Shown in pieces: positions 47,592 through 57,800 of a DNA stretch of 64,000 bases. The translations under genes were made by a program, and so were the position numbers. The notes under the pieces are model-generated. The model was not told the origin of the DNA. It saw nothing but the letters and a program-made list of their open reading frames with translations, and did not search any database. Position 1 is the first letter of the stretch, and every line of letters begins with the position of its first letter. The stretch lies in assembly GCA_964015875.1 (NCBI GenBank), contig CAXHEV010000003.1, forward strand, positions 22,947 to 86,946. Reading direction: 5' to 3'. This DNA is from an uncultured Candidatus Poseidoniales archaeon. GTDB lineage: Archaea > Thermoplasmatota > Poseidoniia > Poseidoniales > Poseidoniaceae.

Positions 47592-50500
47592 TCAGTAATG
47601 CACCGTCAAACGGCGAGGTTCAAGTGGACCTGCTTTTGCTGCCTTCATTGCAGCGACTTCCATACTTGCGCCTCTGAGTGTGGTGACAAAGGGAATGTTC
47701 AATTCCACTGCTAGCCTTCGCATCATATTACCATCCCGCACTGCTCCACCAGACACTGTTGGAACATTGACAATGAATGAGACCTTCCCCTCACGCATGA
47801 GATCTAAAGCATCTGGATGGTTTTTGTCAGCGATTCTGTACGCAACTGTAGCTGGTACATCATGAGCACGAAGCACATCGCATGTTCCTGGTGTTGCATA
47901 GACGGTGAATCCGAGTTCAACAAGGTCCTTTGCTATAGGAACCAATCGTTGTTTGTCATCGTTTCGGACAGTGAGGTAAGCACCGCCATCGCTGGCTACA
48001 GGCACCTCGGTTGCAATCCTTGCTTTGAGATAGGCAACATCTGCAGAAACATCTGAACCATAGACTTCCCCAGTTGACTTCATTTCAGGCCCTGGAGCGG
48101 GGTCGAGTCCTCGCAGTTTGATGAATGGGAACACTGGTGCTTTGACACAGACTTGCCCCGTAGTTCGTTGGGGAATGGTTTGTTCGGACAGGGGAATGCC
48201 AATTGTGACGTTGGCTGCGATTCGTGCCATTGGTAATCCGGTGGCCTTTGCCACAAACGGGACGGTTCGTGATGATCTTGGGTTGACCTCTAAGGTGTAC
48301 AACTGATCCCCTTGAATGGCAAATTGGATGTTAAAACAGCCTTTAATTTTCAATCCAATGCCAATGGCTTTTGTCTGCTCCTCAATTCGTTTGAGCATGG
48401 CGTCTGGAATGTTCTGAGCAGGTATGAAGCATGTCGAGTCGCCAGAATGAATACCTGCTTCTTCGAGGTGCTCCATGATGGCGCCAATGAGGACTTCCTT
48501 TCCGTCGGCAGCAGCATCGACATCGATTTCTGTCGCATGGCCGAGATATTCATCGACCAGCAAAGGCTTGTCAGGAGCCAAGTATGCCTCACGAAGGTAG
48601 GCATCCAACTGCTGTTGATTGGCCAAAATTTCCATTCCCCTCCCTCCGAGAACGTACGATGGTCGAATCAATACTGGGAAGCCGATTTGCTTCACTGCTG
48701 CCCGAACGTCATCAGAACTTGTCCCCGTTGCTCCTCGTGGCATTTGCAAGTTAATTCGTTTGGCAAAGGCTTCGAATCGTTCACGGTCGCTGGCTTCGTC
48801 GACAGCATCGCATGATGTGCCCATAATCGAGAGGTCGAGTCCCTTTGAGGCGAGAACTGGTAATCGATTGTTCAATGGCAATGCAAGATTAATCGCCGTT
48901 TGACCGCCGAACTGGAGCAGAATTCCATGCGCTTGCTCTCGAAGAAGGACTTCAGAGACATATTCTAACGTCAGTGGTTCGAAGTACAGCCGATCTGAAG
49001 TGTCAAAATCAGTCGAGACGGTTTCTGGATTGTTGTTGATTAAAACTGCATCCTTTCCTGCAGCTCGAATGGCCTTCACAGCGTGGACACACCCATAATC
49101 GAATTCGATGCCTTGCCCGATGCGGATTGGACCACTGCCAACAGTAACCAATCGTTCTTTGGTCCGAGCGTCCATATGTGGAAGCGAGTCGATACCGACT
49201 TCATCATCGATCTCATATGTGGAATAGTAGTATGGTGTCTTCGCAGCGAATTCTGCAGCGCAGGAATCCACCATTCTGTAGCGCGGATGCAGTCCAACGG
49301 CATGCCGACGCTTCATTACAGCCTCTTCATCAAAGCCTGGCTGCAATGATTTGGGACCGGATGCTGGGAAACCAGAAAGTGCATCTGCGATGTGTGCATC
49401 GCTAAAACCAAGGCTCTTCCACGTCTTGAGTTGCTCTCGAGTAAGTTCTCCTGGCGTGGCCTGTGAATCAGTGATTGAACGTTCAGTTTGGGCGATGTGC
49501 TCAAATCTATAGAGGAACCAGCGAGTAATTCGAGTGATTTCATGGACCTTTTCGACCGACCATCCGCGACGGAATGCCTCAATCAGGGCGCCCATTCTCC
49601 GATCCGTTGCCACCCGGCACCATTCGACGAGTGTATTGTCTGGCAATTGAGTCAAGGCACGCTCAGCCATACCATCGCCTTCACTCTCATCAGCGCGGGT
49701 CAGTGGGCGTGGGTGGGCACAGCCTTGTTCAAGAGAAGCCCAAGCCTTGAGGAAGGCCTCTTCGAAGTTGCGTCCAATCGCCATCACTTCTCCGGTCGAC
49801 TTCATCGAAGTGCCAAGGGTTCTGTCGGCTGTTCGGAATTTATCGAAGGGCCAGCGGGGGATTTTGACCACACAGTAATCCAATGTCGGTTCAAAGGCAG
49901 CGGTTGTCCCCTCGCCAGTAATCGGGTTTGGAAGTTCATCCAGAGTATAGCCGACTGCGATTTTAGCCGCCATTCGGGCAATAGGATACCCAGTAGCCTT
50001 GCTTGCTAAAGCCGAGGACCTTGAAACTCGGGGATTGACTTCAATCACGCGGATTTCTCCCGTGAATTGATTGAAAGCAAACTGAACGTTGCAACCACCT
50101 TTGATGTTCAGCTCTCGAATGAGACTCAGGGCCTGGTCACGCAGAACTTGATGATCTGCGTCGGAGAAGGACTGTAGAGGTGCAACAACCGTTGATTCCC
50201 CAGTATGGACACCCATCGGGTCGATGTTTTCCATCGTACAGACAATCGTAGCATTGTCAGCACCGTCGCGCATTACTTCGTACTCAAGTTCCTGCCAACC
50301 GAGAATTGATTCTTCAATAAGCACCTGATTAATTCTGGAGTTACGTAGGCCCAACGTCGCAATTTCGACAAGTTGACCAATATCCCAAGCAGTCCCGCCG
50401 CCAAGACCGCCGAGTGTGAACGCAGGGCGGATCAAGATCGGCCAACTGCCGATTTCTTCGGCAGCAGCGATGACCTCCTCCATCGTGTTGCAGGCAATTG

Positions 50501-50936
50501 CTTCTGAGATAGGCAAACCAATGGAGTCGCAAACTTGGTTGAATAATTCGCGGTCCTCAGCCTTGTCGATGGCATCCAAATCAGATCCTATCAATTCGAC
50601 ACCTATTCGTTCAAGTGAGCCATCATGAGCAAGTTCACTTGCAATATTGAGGGCTGTTTGTCCTCCCATTCCTGCAAGGAGTGCACATGGCTTTTCGATC
50701 TCTAAAATCCTTCGAACCGTGTCTGGTATCAAAGGTTCAATGTAGATTTTATCTGCCATTTCCGGATCATTTTGAATGGTTGCGGGGTTTGAATTGACGA
50801 GGATGACCTCGTATCCATCCTCCCTCAGGGCCTGGACTGCTTGACTTCCTGAGAAATCAAATTCTGCAGCTTGTCCAATTTTAATTGGACCACTACCAAG
50901 CACCATGATGGTCTTGAGGTCATCACGGCGCGGCAT
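47592..50936 (-). CDS. carB: Carbamoyl-phosphate synthase large subunit
   Basis: MPRR, GSGPIKIGQAAEFD, two ATP-grasp halves (EVNPR twice), MGS domain; TAATG overlap with carA. Confidence 0.97.
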   Translation of the reverse strand: MPRRDDLKTIMVLGSGPIKIGQAAEFDFSGSQAVQALREDGYEVILVNSNPATIQNDPEMADKIYIEPLIPDTVRRILEIEKPCALLAGMGGQTALNIASELAHDGSLERIGVELIGSDLDAIDKAEDRELFNQVCDSIGLPISEAIACNTMEEVIAAAEEIGSWPILIRPAFTLGGLGGGTAWDIGQLVEIATLGLRNSRINQVLIEESILGWQELEYEVMRDGADNATIVCTMENIDPMGVHTGESTVVAPLQSFSDADHQVLRDQALSLIRELNIKGGCNVQFAFNQFTGEIRVIEVNPRVSRSSALASKATGYPIARMAAKIAVGYTLDELPNPITGEGTTAAFEPTLDYCVVKIPRWPFDKFRTADRTLGTSMKSTGEVMAIGRNFEEAFLKAWASLEQGCAHPRPLTRADESEGDGMAERALTQLPDNTLVEWCRVATDRRMGALIEAFRRGWSVEKVHEITRITRWFLYRFEHIAQTERSITDSQATPGELTREQLKTWKSLGFSDAHIADALSGFPASGPKSLQPGFDEEAVMKRRHAVGLHPRYRMVDSCAAEFAAKTPYYYSTYEIDDEVGIDSLPHMDARTKERLVTVGSGPIRIGQGIEFDYGCVHAVKAIRAAGKDAVLINNNPETVSTDFDTSDRLYFEPLTLEYVSEVLLREQAHGILLQFGGQTAINLALPLNNRLPVLASKGLDLSIMGTSCDAVDEASDRERFEAFAKRINLQMPRGATGTSSDDVRAAVKQIGFPVLIRPSYVLGGRGMEILANQQQLDAYLREAYLAPDKPLLVDEYLGHATEIDVDAAADGKEVLIGAIMEHLEEAGIHSGDSTCFIPAQNIPDAMLKRIEEQTKAIGIGLKIKGCFNIQFAIQGDQLYTLEVNPRSSRTVPFVAKATGLPMARIAANVTIGIPLSEQTIPQRTTGQVCVKAPVFPFIKLRGLDPAPGPEMKSTGEVYGSDVSADVAYLKARIATEVPVASDGGAYLTVRNDDKQRLVPIAKDLVELGFTVYATPGTCDVLRAHDVPATVAYRIADKNHPDALDLMREGKVSFIVNVPTVSGGAVRDGNMMRRLAVELNIPFVTTLRGASMEVAAMKAAKAGPLEPRRLTVHY

Positions 50937-52243
50937 TAGTCTGAACCCCCAAGGTGTTCGTCGACAATTGAGCGGAACCTGCCAAACAATGGTGCAGCAT
51001 CGTGCGGACCTGGGCACGCCTCTGGATGAAATTGTACTGTGAACGAAGGATGTCCGACAAGGTCCAAACCTTCGACTGTTCGATCATTGGCATTGACGTA
51101 TCGAACCTTTACCTCAGCACCGTGCATGTTTTTCCCGGGCGCAGAGCAGGCACCAGAAGGGTGTGCAGCAAGCATACCCGCATCAGGATCTGCAACGGCA
51201 AAACCATGATTTTGACTTGTGATTGAGACTGAACCGGTCACAAGATCGACAACTGGTTGGTTCGCACCACGATGCCCATATCGCATCTTGTAGGTTTGAA
51301 GACCAGAGGCAAGGCCCATGAGTTGGTGTCCAAGGCAAATACCCATAACTGGCATACGGTGTTGTACGGCCTTTGCTAGCGTCGCCCTTGCCAGTGTAGC
51401 CTTTCCTGGATGAGCGGGGTCGCCAGGTCCATTGGAACAGAACAGGGCATCAATTTGATACTCTTCTTGAAGGACTGAAAAAGGAGTTTCAGGAGGACAC
51501 CACACGACTTCGAAATGTTCACACAGGTTGCGTAGAATGTTGTACTTGATACCACAATCAAGAGCCCCAAGTCGCGGCAGCGGCCGGTCAAGGTCATCTA
51601 AAGCACCTGGGTTGAGGACGACTGCTGAGTCGATTGATACCTCATCAACGAGATCTTCAAGCTCGGGTGATGTGAGTGATGCGAGTTTCGTTTTCAGCAG
51701 GTCTTCATCCTCGACTGGTCCGAAGACGCAGAGCACTGTTCCAAGTTCACGAACCCTGCGTGTGATAGCACGAGTATCGATATTTTCTATGCCGGGAACG
51801 CCATGAGAACGGAGAAGTTCATCGACAGTGCCGACTGAAAAGCGGTGATCTGGTTGAGTCATTGCATGACGAACAACAACACCACGAGGCCATACTGATT
51901 TCGATTCAGAAGCACCGCTGTGAACCCCGTAATTTCCAATCAGTGGATAGGTAAACGTGAGCACTTGACCTGCAAATGAGGGATCTGTCAACGATTCTTG
52001 ATAGCCCATCATGCCAGTGGTGAACACCAACTCGCCCTCGCCATGACCGATTGCACCAAACAGAGTTCCTGTATATCGGCCACCATCGGCGGTGAGAAGC
52101 ACACCATCTCCAGTGGCTCCTTCTGGCAATGGCTGACCACCAGTCAAGTGATCTGCTGCGTCAAGAAAGGCAGGTGCCCGAGAAACACCACGACGATTTT
52201 GGCCGGGACTGAATGAGCCAGAACCAAAATCGACTTCCGACAT
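50936..52243 (-). CDS. carA: Carbamoyl-phosphate synthase small subunit
   Basis: GELVFTTGMMGYQESLTDPS, SNGPGDP, GICLGHQ, QNHGF, QFHPE. Confidence 0.96.
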   Translation of the reverse strand: MSEVDFGSGSFSPGQNRRGVSRAPAFLDAADHLTGGQPLPEGATGDGVLLTADGGRYTGTLFGAIGHGEGELVFTTGMMGYQESLTDPSFAGQVLTFTYPLIGNYGVHSGASESKSVWPRGVVVRHAMTQPDHRFSVGTVDELLRSHGVPGIENIDTRAITRRVRELGTVLCVFGPVEDEDLLKTKLASLTSPELEDLVDEVSIDSAVVLNPGALDDLDRPLPRLGALDCGIKYNILRNLCEHFEVVWCPPETPFSVLQEEYQIDALFCSNGPGDPAHPGKATLARATLAKAVQHRMPVMGICLGHQLMGLASGLQTYKMRYGHRGANQPVVDLVTGSVSITSQNHGFAVADPDAGMLAAHPSGACSAPGKNMHGAEVKVRYVNANDRTVEGLDLVGHPSFTVQFHPEACPGPHDAAPLFGRFRSIVDEHLGGSD

Positions 52244-52363
52244 CAGTTTTGGTCGAAAACGGACACCCATAATGATTGGGTTTGAAACTTCATGACCAGA
52301 CGCCGCCAAAACCCGCCTTGAATTGGTTTAAAAACGAACGACTCAAGTCAAGTGAGGTGCTGC

Positions 52364-52975
52364 TTACTCTTCTTCACGATCCAAATCCAACACACGCTTG
52401 CCACTGGCCGTCGGCTGGATGATTAAACGAGCGTCGTCGAACGACCTTTCACTGCCAGATTCTCCATGCCATGCGTCTAAAAAAAGCGCCAACGCTGCAA
52501 CTTCAGAATGGGGCTGATTGCCTACCGACAGATTGTACTGACTGTACTTGTAGACGTCACCGGGAACTTTTGCACCACCGACGATGACCACCATGGGACG
52601 ATCTCTGCGAATACGAGGGATCGCTTGTCGAAATGGTTCACCATACATGGTGAGATGGACAGCTACACCCGGTTCGCCATCACCCGCATCCTCCTCAACA
52701 AAGCGTCGCAGCCAACCCATTGGACCATGAACGTGTTCGCATGACATACCTTTACCAAACCTGTCCGCAACAGATTCCAGATTTTCGAACATCTTTGAAT
52801 CTTCATCACCTGCAAGTAAAAACCGGTCTGCACCCAAAGCCCGACTCACGAGCGCCAGATGTGTCGTAATGCGGGGGTCACGGCCCAGACGGTAACCGAG
52901 TCGCAACACATCGAGTCGTTCGCCTGGCATGAGTACGCCCACCAATTCCTCGTTCATCAAAGCGACCGTCGTCAC
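52364..52975 (-). CDS. trm56: tRNA (cytidine(56)-2'-O)-methyltransferase (SPOUT)
   Basis: RDPRITTHLALVSRALGA, HLTMYG, VGGAKVP, GNQPHSEVAALA. Confidence 0.93.
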   Translation of the reverse strand: MTTVALMNEELVGVLMPGERLDVLRLGYRLGRDPRITTHLALVSRALGADRFLLAGDEDSKMFENLESVADRFGKGMSCEHVHGPMGWLRRFVEEDAGDGEPGVAVHLTMYGEPFRQAIPRIRRDRPMVVIVGGAKVPGDVYKYSQYNLSVGNQPHSEVAALALFLDAWHGESGSERSFDDARLIIQPTASGKRVLDLDREEE

Positions 52976-53613
52976 TCAACAACGTCGCCATCTACAATCG
53001 TGCCTTGTTCGGAGGCATCTTTGCTCGTAATGATCAGACCTCGAGTCTCCAAGAAGGTCTTGACCCAATACAAATGCCATGCATCGACGAGGAATCTAGC
53101 ACAAAAAGTGACACCAAAGAACAATCCAAGCAGTCGGCTGGACCGCCAAAGCCCAACTTGTGCATTGATTTCATCACCGGTAATGCCATAGAACAGCGGT
53201 TCGATGATGAAGAACCCACAAACAATGAGCATGGCCCCAGACACAAGGGAGTTCACAAGTTGTCCTTTTTCCTTGGCTATCGATGTTAATCCTGATGAAA
53301 TAAGACCAAATAAACCAACTGTGATGGCAACGTTGAGGTAGTTGAGATTGAACAAGAAGGACGTTGCAAGTTCCACATCATCACCACCTTCTGTGATGAG
53401 CACCCACCAACAAAGGACAATCAACATAATCAGAATGCCCCCATTGTAGGCCTTCTTGTTGATCAGTTCGAAAATTTCCTCACTGTTTGTCACTGTGAAA
53501 CGGGACATCAGTCGCTCAGCGAGCCTCAAGCCTTGTTCATCACCAACGCCGGCGACATACTCATCGTGCTCAGGCATGGATGGACTTGATTCACCAACGC
53601 CCCCCTGCGACAT
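52972..53613 (-). CDS. Hypothetical four-TM membrane protein
   Basis: Four hydrophobic segments; GTGA overlap with trm56; TTGAT 29 nt upstream. Confidence 0.7.
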   Translation of the reverse strand: MSQGGVGESSPSMPEHDEYVAGVGDEQGLRLAERLMSRFTVTNSEEIFELINKKAYNGGILIMLIVLCWWVLITEGGDDVELATSFLFNLNYLNVAITVGLFGLISSGLTSIAKEKGQLVNSLVSGAMLIVCGFFIIEPLFYGITGDEINAQVGLWRSSRLLGLFFGVTFCARFLVDAWHLYWVKTFLETRGLIITSKDASEQGTIVDGDVVE

Positions 53614-53663
53614 AGGTCGACTTCAAAGTCACAACTTATCAATTCTGCCACCATCGGCACTCC

Positions 53664-54530
53664 ATGGAGGCAACCTTCGGACCCACTCAGAAACGCCGTG
53701 AGCAGATAATGGCGGGAATATCCAGAAGGGAGGGTTCTGGCTATCACGTCATGGGTGTCCTTAATATTACACCTGATTCATTTCATGAGGCAAGTCGAAT
53801 CAACAGCACTGAGCAAGCAATCACAACTGGGTTGGAAATGTGGAGCAATGGTGCCACATGGATAGATGTCGGCGGTGAATCAACACGTCCAGGTGCAGAT
53901 CCAGTCGACCCTGAAGAAGAGATGAGGCGAGTCCTACCAGTGATTCAAGGGTTGAGAAAAGCGAACAGTGATGGTCTAATTTCGATTGATACTCGAAGGC
54001 CAAGTGTGGCAAGAGCGGCCATCGAAGCTGGGGCCGACCTTGTCAATGATGTGTCTGGTCTACGAGAACCAGCGATGGTTGACCTTGTTCTTGAAGCGCA
54101 GTGTGGTGTGTGCATCATGCACATGCAAGGCACCCCGGGAACCATGCAAGAAAAGCCAAACTATTCCAACTGTACACAGGAAGTAAGTGAACAATTACTT
54201 GAAACCGCAAGAGCTCTCAAATCAGCAGGTCTCCCCCCTGAGTTGATTGCGCTTGACCCTGGCATTGGTTTTGGAAAAACCCTCGAAGATAATATCGAAT
54301 TATTGCAAAACCATCACGCCATGCGGGGCTTGGAAGGATTTGCTCTATTGTGGGGTGTTTCGAGAAAATCAATGATCGGCCAATTGACTGGACGGAAGGA
54401 ACCAAACGATCGGTTAGCAGGGACACTCGCCGTGGCTGCTTTGGCCCATTACGAAGGTATTGATCTTCTACGAGTTCACGATGTTGCAGAGCATATTGAT
54501 GTGCTCAATGTGCTTGATGCCCTCGCTTAA
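53664..54530 (+). CDS. folP: Dihydropteroate synthase
   Basis: MGVLNITPDSF, GGESTRPG, SIDT, NDVS, MHM, DPGIGFGK, SRKS, RVHDV. Confidence 0.95.
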   Translation: MEATFGPTQKRREQIMAGISRREGSGYHVMGVLNITPDSFHEASRINSTEQAITTGLEMWSNGATWIDVGGESTRPGADPVDPEEEMRRVLPVIQGLRKANSDGLISIDTRRPSVARAAIEAGADLVNDVSGLREPAMVDLVLEAQCGVCIMHMQGTPGTMQEKPNYSNCTQEVSEQLLETARALKSAGLPPELIALDPGIGFGKTLEDNIELLQNHHAMRGLEGFALLWGVSRKSMIGQLTGRKEPNDRLAGTLAVAALAHYEGIDLLRVHDVAEHIDVLNVLDALA

Positions 54531-55696
54531 TTACCCAATCCACCCAACAAGCCTGCAGCAGCTACCCAAGCACCGGCCATGCTTCCGAGGTTGGTCAATG
54601 CGGTAACCATGAGGACACGCCCTGCCCGGTTCGACCAAAACATCCCCAAACTATCCATTTTGAGAAAATTTTGCAAATCTTCAGCCGTTGGTTCTCGAAG
54701 TTTCAATTGCACATAGCCAGCAAACCAACCCGCAGCCAAAGTAGGATTCAACGAAGTGATTGGAGAGGCCAATGCAGCTGTTAAGATTGCGAGTGGATGG
54801 CCCCGGGCAAGAATACAACCCAGGGCTGCAAACACAGCATTTGCTGCTGTCCAAACCGTAAACAATTCAACGAGGTCGACAGCGTCGCCTTGGGACACAA
54901 AATAGGCAACCAAGCCCATGACGAATAGGGGAATTAACCAAGGGATAGATTTGGCAAACCTGCCTCGCTTTGGCAGCACCTCCAATTCATCAAGTTGTGC
55001 GGAATTAGGTTGAGTCGATTGGTTCAGATGCGCTTCAATTCCCTTGAGGTGGCCGGCACCTACAACTGCAAGAATACGTTTGTCACTGTTCTGTTCTAAC
55101 GCCGATATTTTTCCTGCGAGATAGGCATCGCGCTCATCGATGAGCACCGACCCTGCGCCCGGTGAAAAAGTCCTCAACTCTTCCATGAGTGAACTCAACA
55201 GATCTTGGTCTTCGAGTAATTGAGAAACTTCCGGAGTCTCTTCGTCGTCTTCATCCCCTAAAAGCGACCAGATGATTTTGACTTTTTCAAAGAATTTCAT
55301 CCGCTTCCAAGCCCTTCGAAGCGTAGTTTGGATGTCCCGATCGATCAACGCTACCTCTAGGTTTGCTTCTTCAGCAGTTTGAACCGCTGCGAGCAACTCA
55401 GCGCCTGGTTGTTCACCTTCATCTAGACCCATCTTTCTTTGTTCTGCCGCCAGAAGGGATTGAAGCATGACCAAAGGGGCTTTGCCTTCTTTCACCACCT
55501 TAAGCAGTCCTTCTTTGTCAAGACGACGATTGGAAGTCAAAGCGCTGTGGCGACTGGCGCACAATTCAACAGCGACTATATCTGGTTGAAATGCCTCAAT
55601 CTGTTCCTTTACCGCAGCGACACTCGTACTGGATACGTGTGCCGTACCAAGCACTCGAACCCGCTCTGAGCGGACAAACATCGGTGAATCAGTCAT
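54527..55696 (-). CDS. TraB/PrgY (TIKI-like) family membrane protein
   Basis: LGTAHVS, VAVELC..R, GAE, IDRDI..TL.R, ERD, VVGAGH, C-terminal TMs. Confidence 0.88.
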   Translation of the reverse strand: MTDSPMFVRSERVRVLGTAHVSSTSVAAVKEQIEAFQPDIVAVELCASRHSALTSNRRLDKEGLLKVVKEGKAPLVMLQSLLAAEQRKMGLDEGEQPGAELLAAVQTAEEANLEVALIDRDIQTTLRRAWKRMKFFEKVKIIWSLLGDEDDEETPEVSQLLEDQDLLSSLMEELRTFSPGAGSVLIDERDAYLAGKISALEQNSDKRILAVVGAGHLKGIEAHLNQSTQPNSAQLDELEVLPKRGRFAKSIPWLIPLFVMGLVAYFVSQGDAVDLVELFTVWTAANAVFAALGCILARGHPLAILTAALASPITSLNPTLAAGWFAGYVQLKLREPTAEDLQNFLKMDSLGMFWSNRAGRVLMVTALTNLGSMAGAWVAAAGLLGGLGN

Positions 55697-57095
55697 TTGG
55701 GGTGACCTCCTTAGAAAACAGCGATTCCAATTCTTTCGTCATCGCAATGAGGGCAGCCTGGTTTGCCTCGTCCGGATGGCCTGGCACATCACTCAGCAGT
55801 GATTCAAACAGGATTTGGCCACCTGCTAGTGCCTTGTGGCCACCTGCTTGACCTTGTTTCCAATGCTCTGAAAGCAACTTTCCCAAGTGAAGATCGGGAT
55901 TGGTTGTGCGAGCTGATAAGATCACCTTATTCCTACGAACTCCGTAGACGACCACAGATTCGACACCTTCGGTAGGAAGGAGGAAATCAGCGATTTGTGC
56001 CAAAGCATCACGGTTCGGTAGTGCTGAAAGTGGTGCAAGCATCGTGGTCCCGTACTGTCTTCGTTCTTTCAGGGCTTCAGCAAAGGCTTCTAATGTTTCA
56101 ATCGAGCGCGGAGGTTCCTCTATAGAACGCATTACATCTGAATCAACCCATGCATTCAACCAGGAAAGTGCCCGAATGTCAACCGGATTGAAATTCCTAG
56201 TAAATCCAAGGGTGTCAGTTCGAATACCAAACGCCAAGGCAGTCGCCACACGGGGAGTCATTTCAAACTCAAGCTGCATGAGAAGGCTGGCCACAAGTGA
56301 GGAGGTTGCGGAAAACTCGGGATGAACCATAGAGAGATCGGCAGCCACACCTTCCGATGCGTGATGATCGATCACAATGTGAGGTACGCAATCATCTGGA
56401 AGAATATTATTTGCGCCAGGTCGATGGAAGTCAACGGTCATCACCACAGCAGCATCTCGAAGGACATCAGCCACCTCCCACTCAAGGATTAAACGTCGGC
56501 ACGGCACTTCCAAGACATTGACCATGGCTCGGTTTTGTTGGTGTTCAATCAATCCGCCATGATAGAGGTGAGGCATGAGCCCCATCGAATGACAGAGTTC
56601 GTACATGGCCAGCCCAGCACCAAGTGCATCTGGGTCGGGGTTGTCGTGACAGAAAATGGCAATATTAGCGCCTTCAGGAACTGAAGACAGGTAGTGATGT
56701 AACACCGCAGCACCGTCTTTTCGTTCCCACGAACGTATACGGTCTTGCATAGCGGAATACGAAACATCATCGACGCTGATGAGGTCGACGCCATCACCTT
56801 CCAGTGGCAGTGTTGTCAAAATTGGAACGTCCCTCCAGTGATTTCGAATGGATTCGATTGGCTCTTTGCCTTCCAAAGCATTCGGGTCAATGAGTAAAAT
56901 CGCGGTCGGCTTGTGATCTTCAAGCGGCAACGAGGAAAGCGGCATAGCTGCTGGGAGGGCTATAATTTCACATCCATCTATCGGCTCAGTGTCCGGAAGT
57001 GTCGAAGCGAGGCCAACAAGTACGCAGCGTTGGCGTTGGGCACACCAACGGCTCAAACGTACCGCCAAAGGAGTTGAGCCGAAGACTAAGAACAT
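55689..57095 (-). CDS. DHH/DHHA1 phosphoesterase with degenerate N-terminal Rossmann-like domain
   Basis: HDNPDPD, VD, IDHH, GIRTDT, SAR, AGGH..LAGG. Confidence 0.88.
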   Translation of the reverse strand: MFLVFGSTPLAVRLSRWCAQRQRCVLVGLASTLPDTEPIDGCEIIALPAAMPLSSLPLEDHKPTAILLIDPNALEGKEPIESIRNHWRDVPILTTLPLEGDGVDLISVDDVSYSAMQDRIRSWERKDGAAVLHHYLSSVPEGANIAIFCHDNPDPDALGAGLAMYELCHSMGLMPHLYHGGLIEHQQNRAMVNVLEVPCRRLILEWEVADVLRDAAVVMTVDFHRPGANNILPDDCVPHIVIDHHASEGVAADLSMVHPEFSATSSLVASLLMQLEFEMTPRVATALAFGIRTDTLGFTRNFNPVDIRALSWLNAWVDSDVMRSIEEPPRSIETLEAFAEALKERRQYGTTMLAPLSALPNRDALAQIADFLLPTEGVESVVVYGVRRNKVILSARTTNPDLHLGKLLSEHWKQGQAGGHKALAGGQILFESLLSDVPGHPDEANQAALIAMTKELESLFSKEVTPND

Positions 57096-57127
57096 TCAAA
57101 CACCAATCCGATTGATCGACCTACCAT

Positions 57128-57700
57128 TTAGAACTCGATGACGTAATTCTGATGGTAATAGTCAGGGACATCAACAAGATCACGTCGCTGGGATCCTTTG
57201 AGCAAGGCCACGAGGTTTGCAGGAATCATCTGAATGGCTTTATTCCACGTTGTTGCTTCAGAGTTGTAAAACTCTCGACGATCCGCAAGCCTTTCTTCAA
57301 GACGTACTAATTTGTGTGAGAGGTCGAGGAATGCCTTGTCGGCCTTTATTTCAGGATAGGCTTCAGAAAGAGCATTGAAACGAGGCGTCATTTGAGCAAG
57401 AGCGTTTTGCGCTTGGTTGAAGTCAGAGATGTTCTTTGCAATCAAAGCACCCGAGGCCGCTTGGCGAGCGAGGAAGAGCTGTTCAAAGAACTCAATCTCG
57501 TGCTTTGCTAAACCAGAAACAATGTTGTGAAGGCTTGGGAGCATTTCGTATTTCATTTTGACATCGCTTTCATAGTCCTGCCACGCATTTTCTACATTTT
57601 CTTCCAAATTGATGAACCGATTCCATGTGCTCCAAATGTAAAGGAGCCCCACTGCGCTAAGGAGTGCGCCGAAAAACCCAACGAAGAGTACCAGAACCAT
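57128..57700 (-). CDS. lemA: LemA family protein
   Basis: N-terminal TM, NAW, KHE, EAYPEIKA, LEERL...REFYN...WN....PAN. Confidence 0.88.
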   Translation of the reverse strand: MVLVLFVGFFGALLSAVGLLYIWSTWNRFINLEENVENAWQDYESDVKMKYEMLPSLHNIVSGLAKHEIEFFEQLFLARQAASGALIAKNISDFNQAQNALAQMTPRFNALSEAYPEIKADKAFLDLSHKLVRLEERLADRREFYNSEATTWNKAIQMIPANLVALLKGSQRRDLVDVPDYYHQNYVIEF

Positions 57701-57800
57701 GCTTCAAGCAGACAGCCCCAACCTATGAATGATGTGGTTGGGCTTTGTATGAGTCAACATCTTGAAGCAAAACGACATGGCATGGTCGTTGTGAGCCTGC

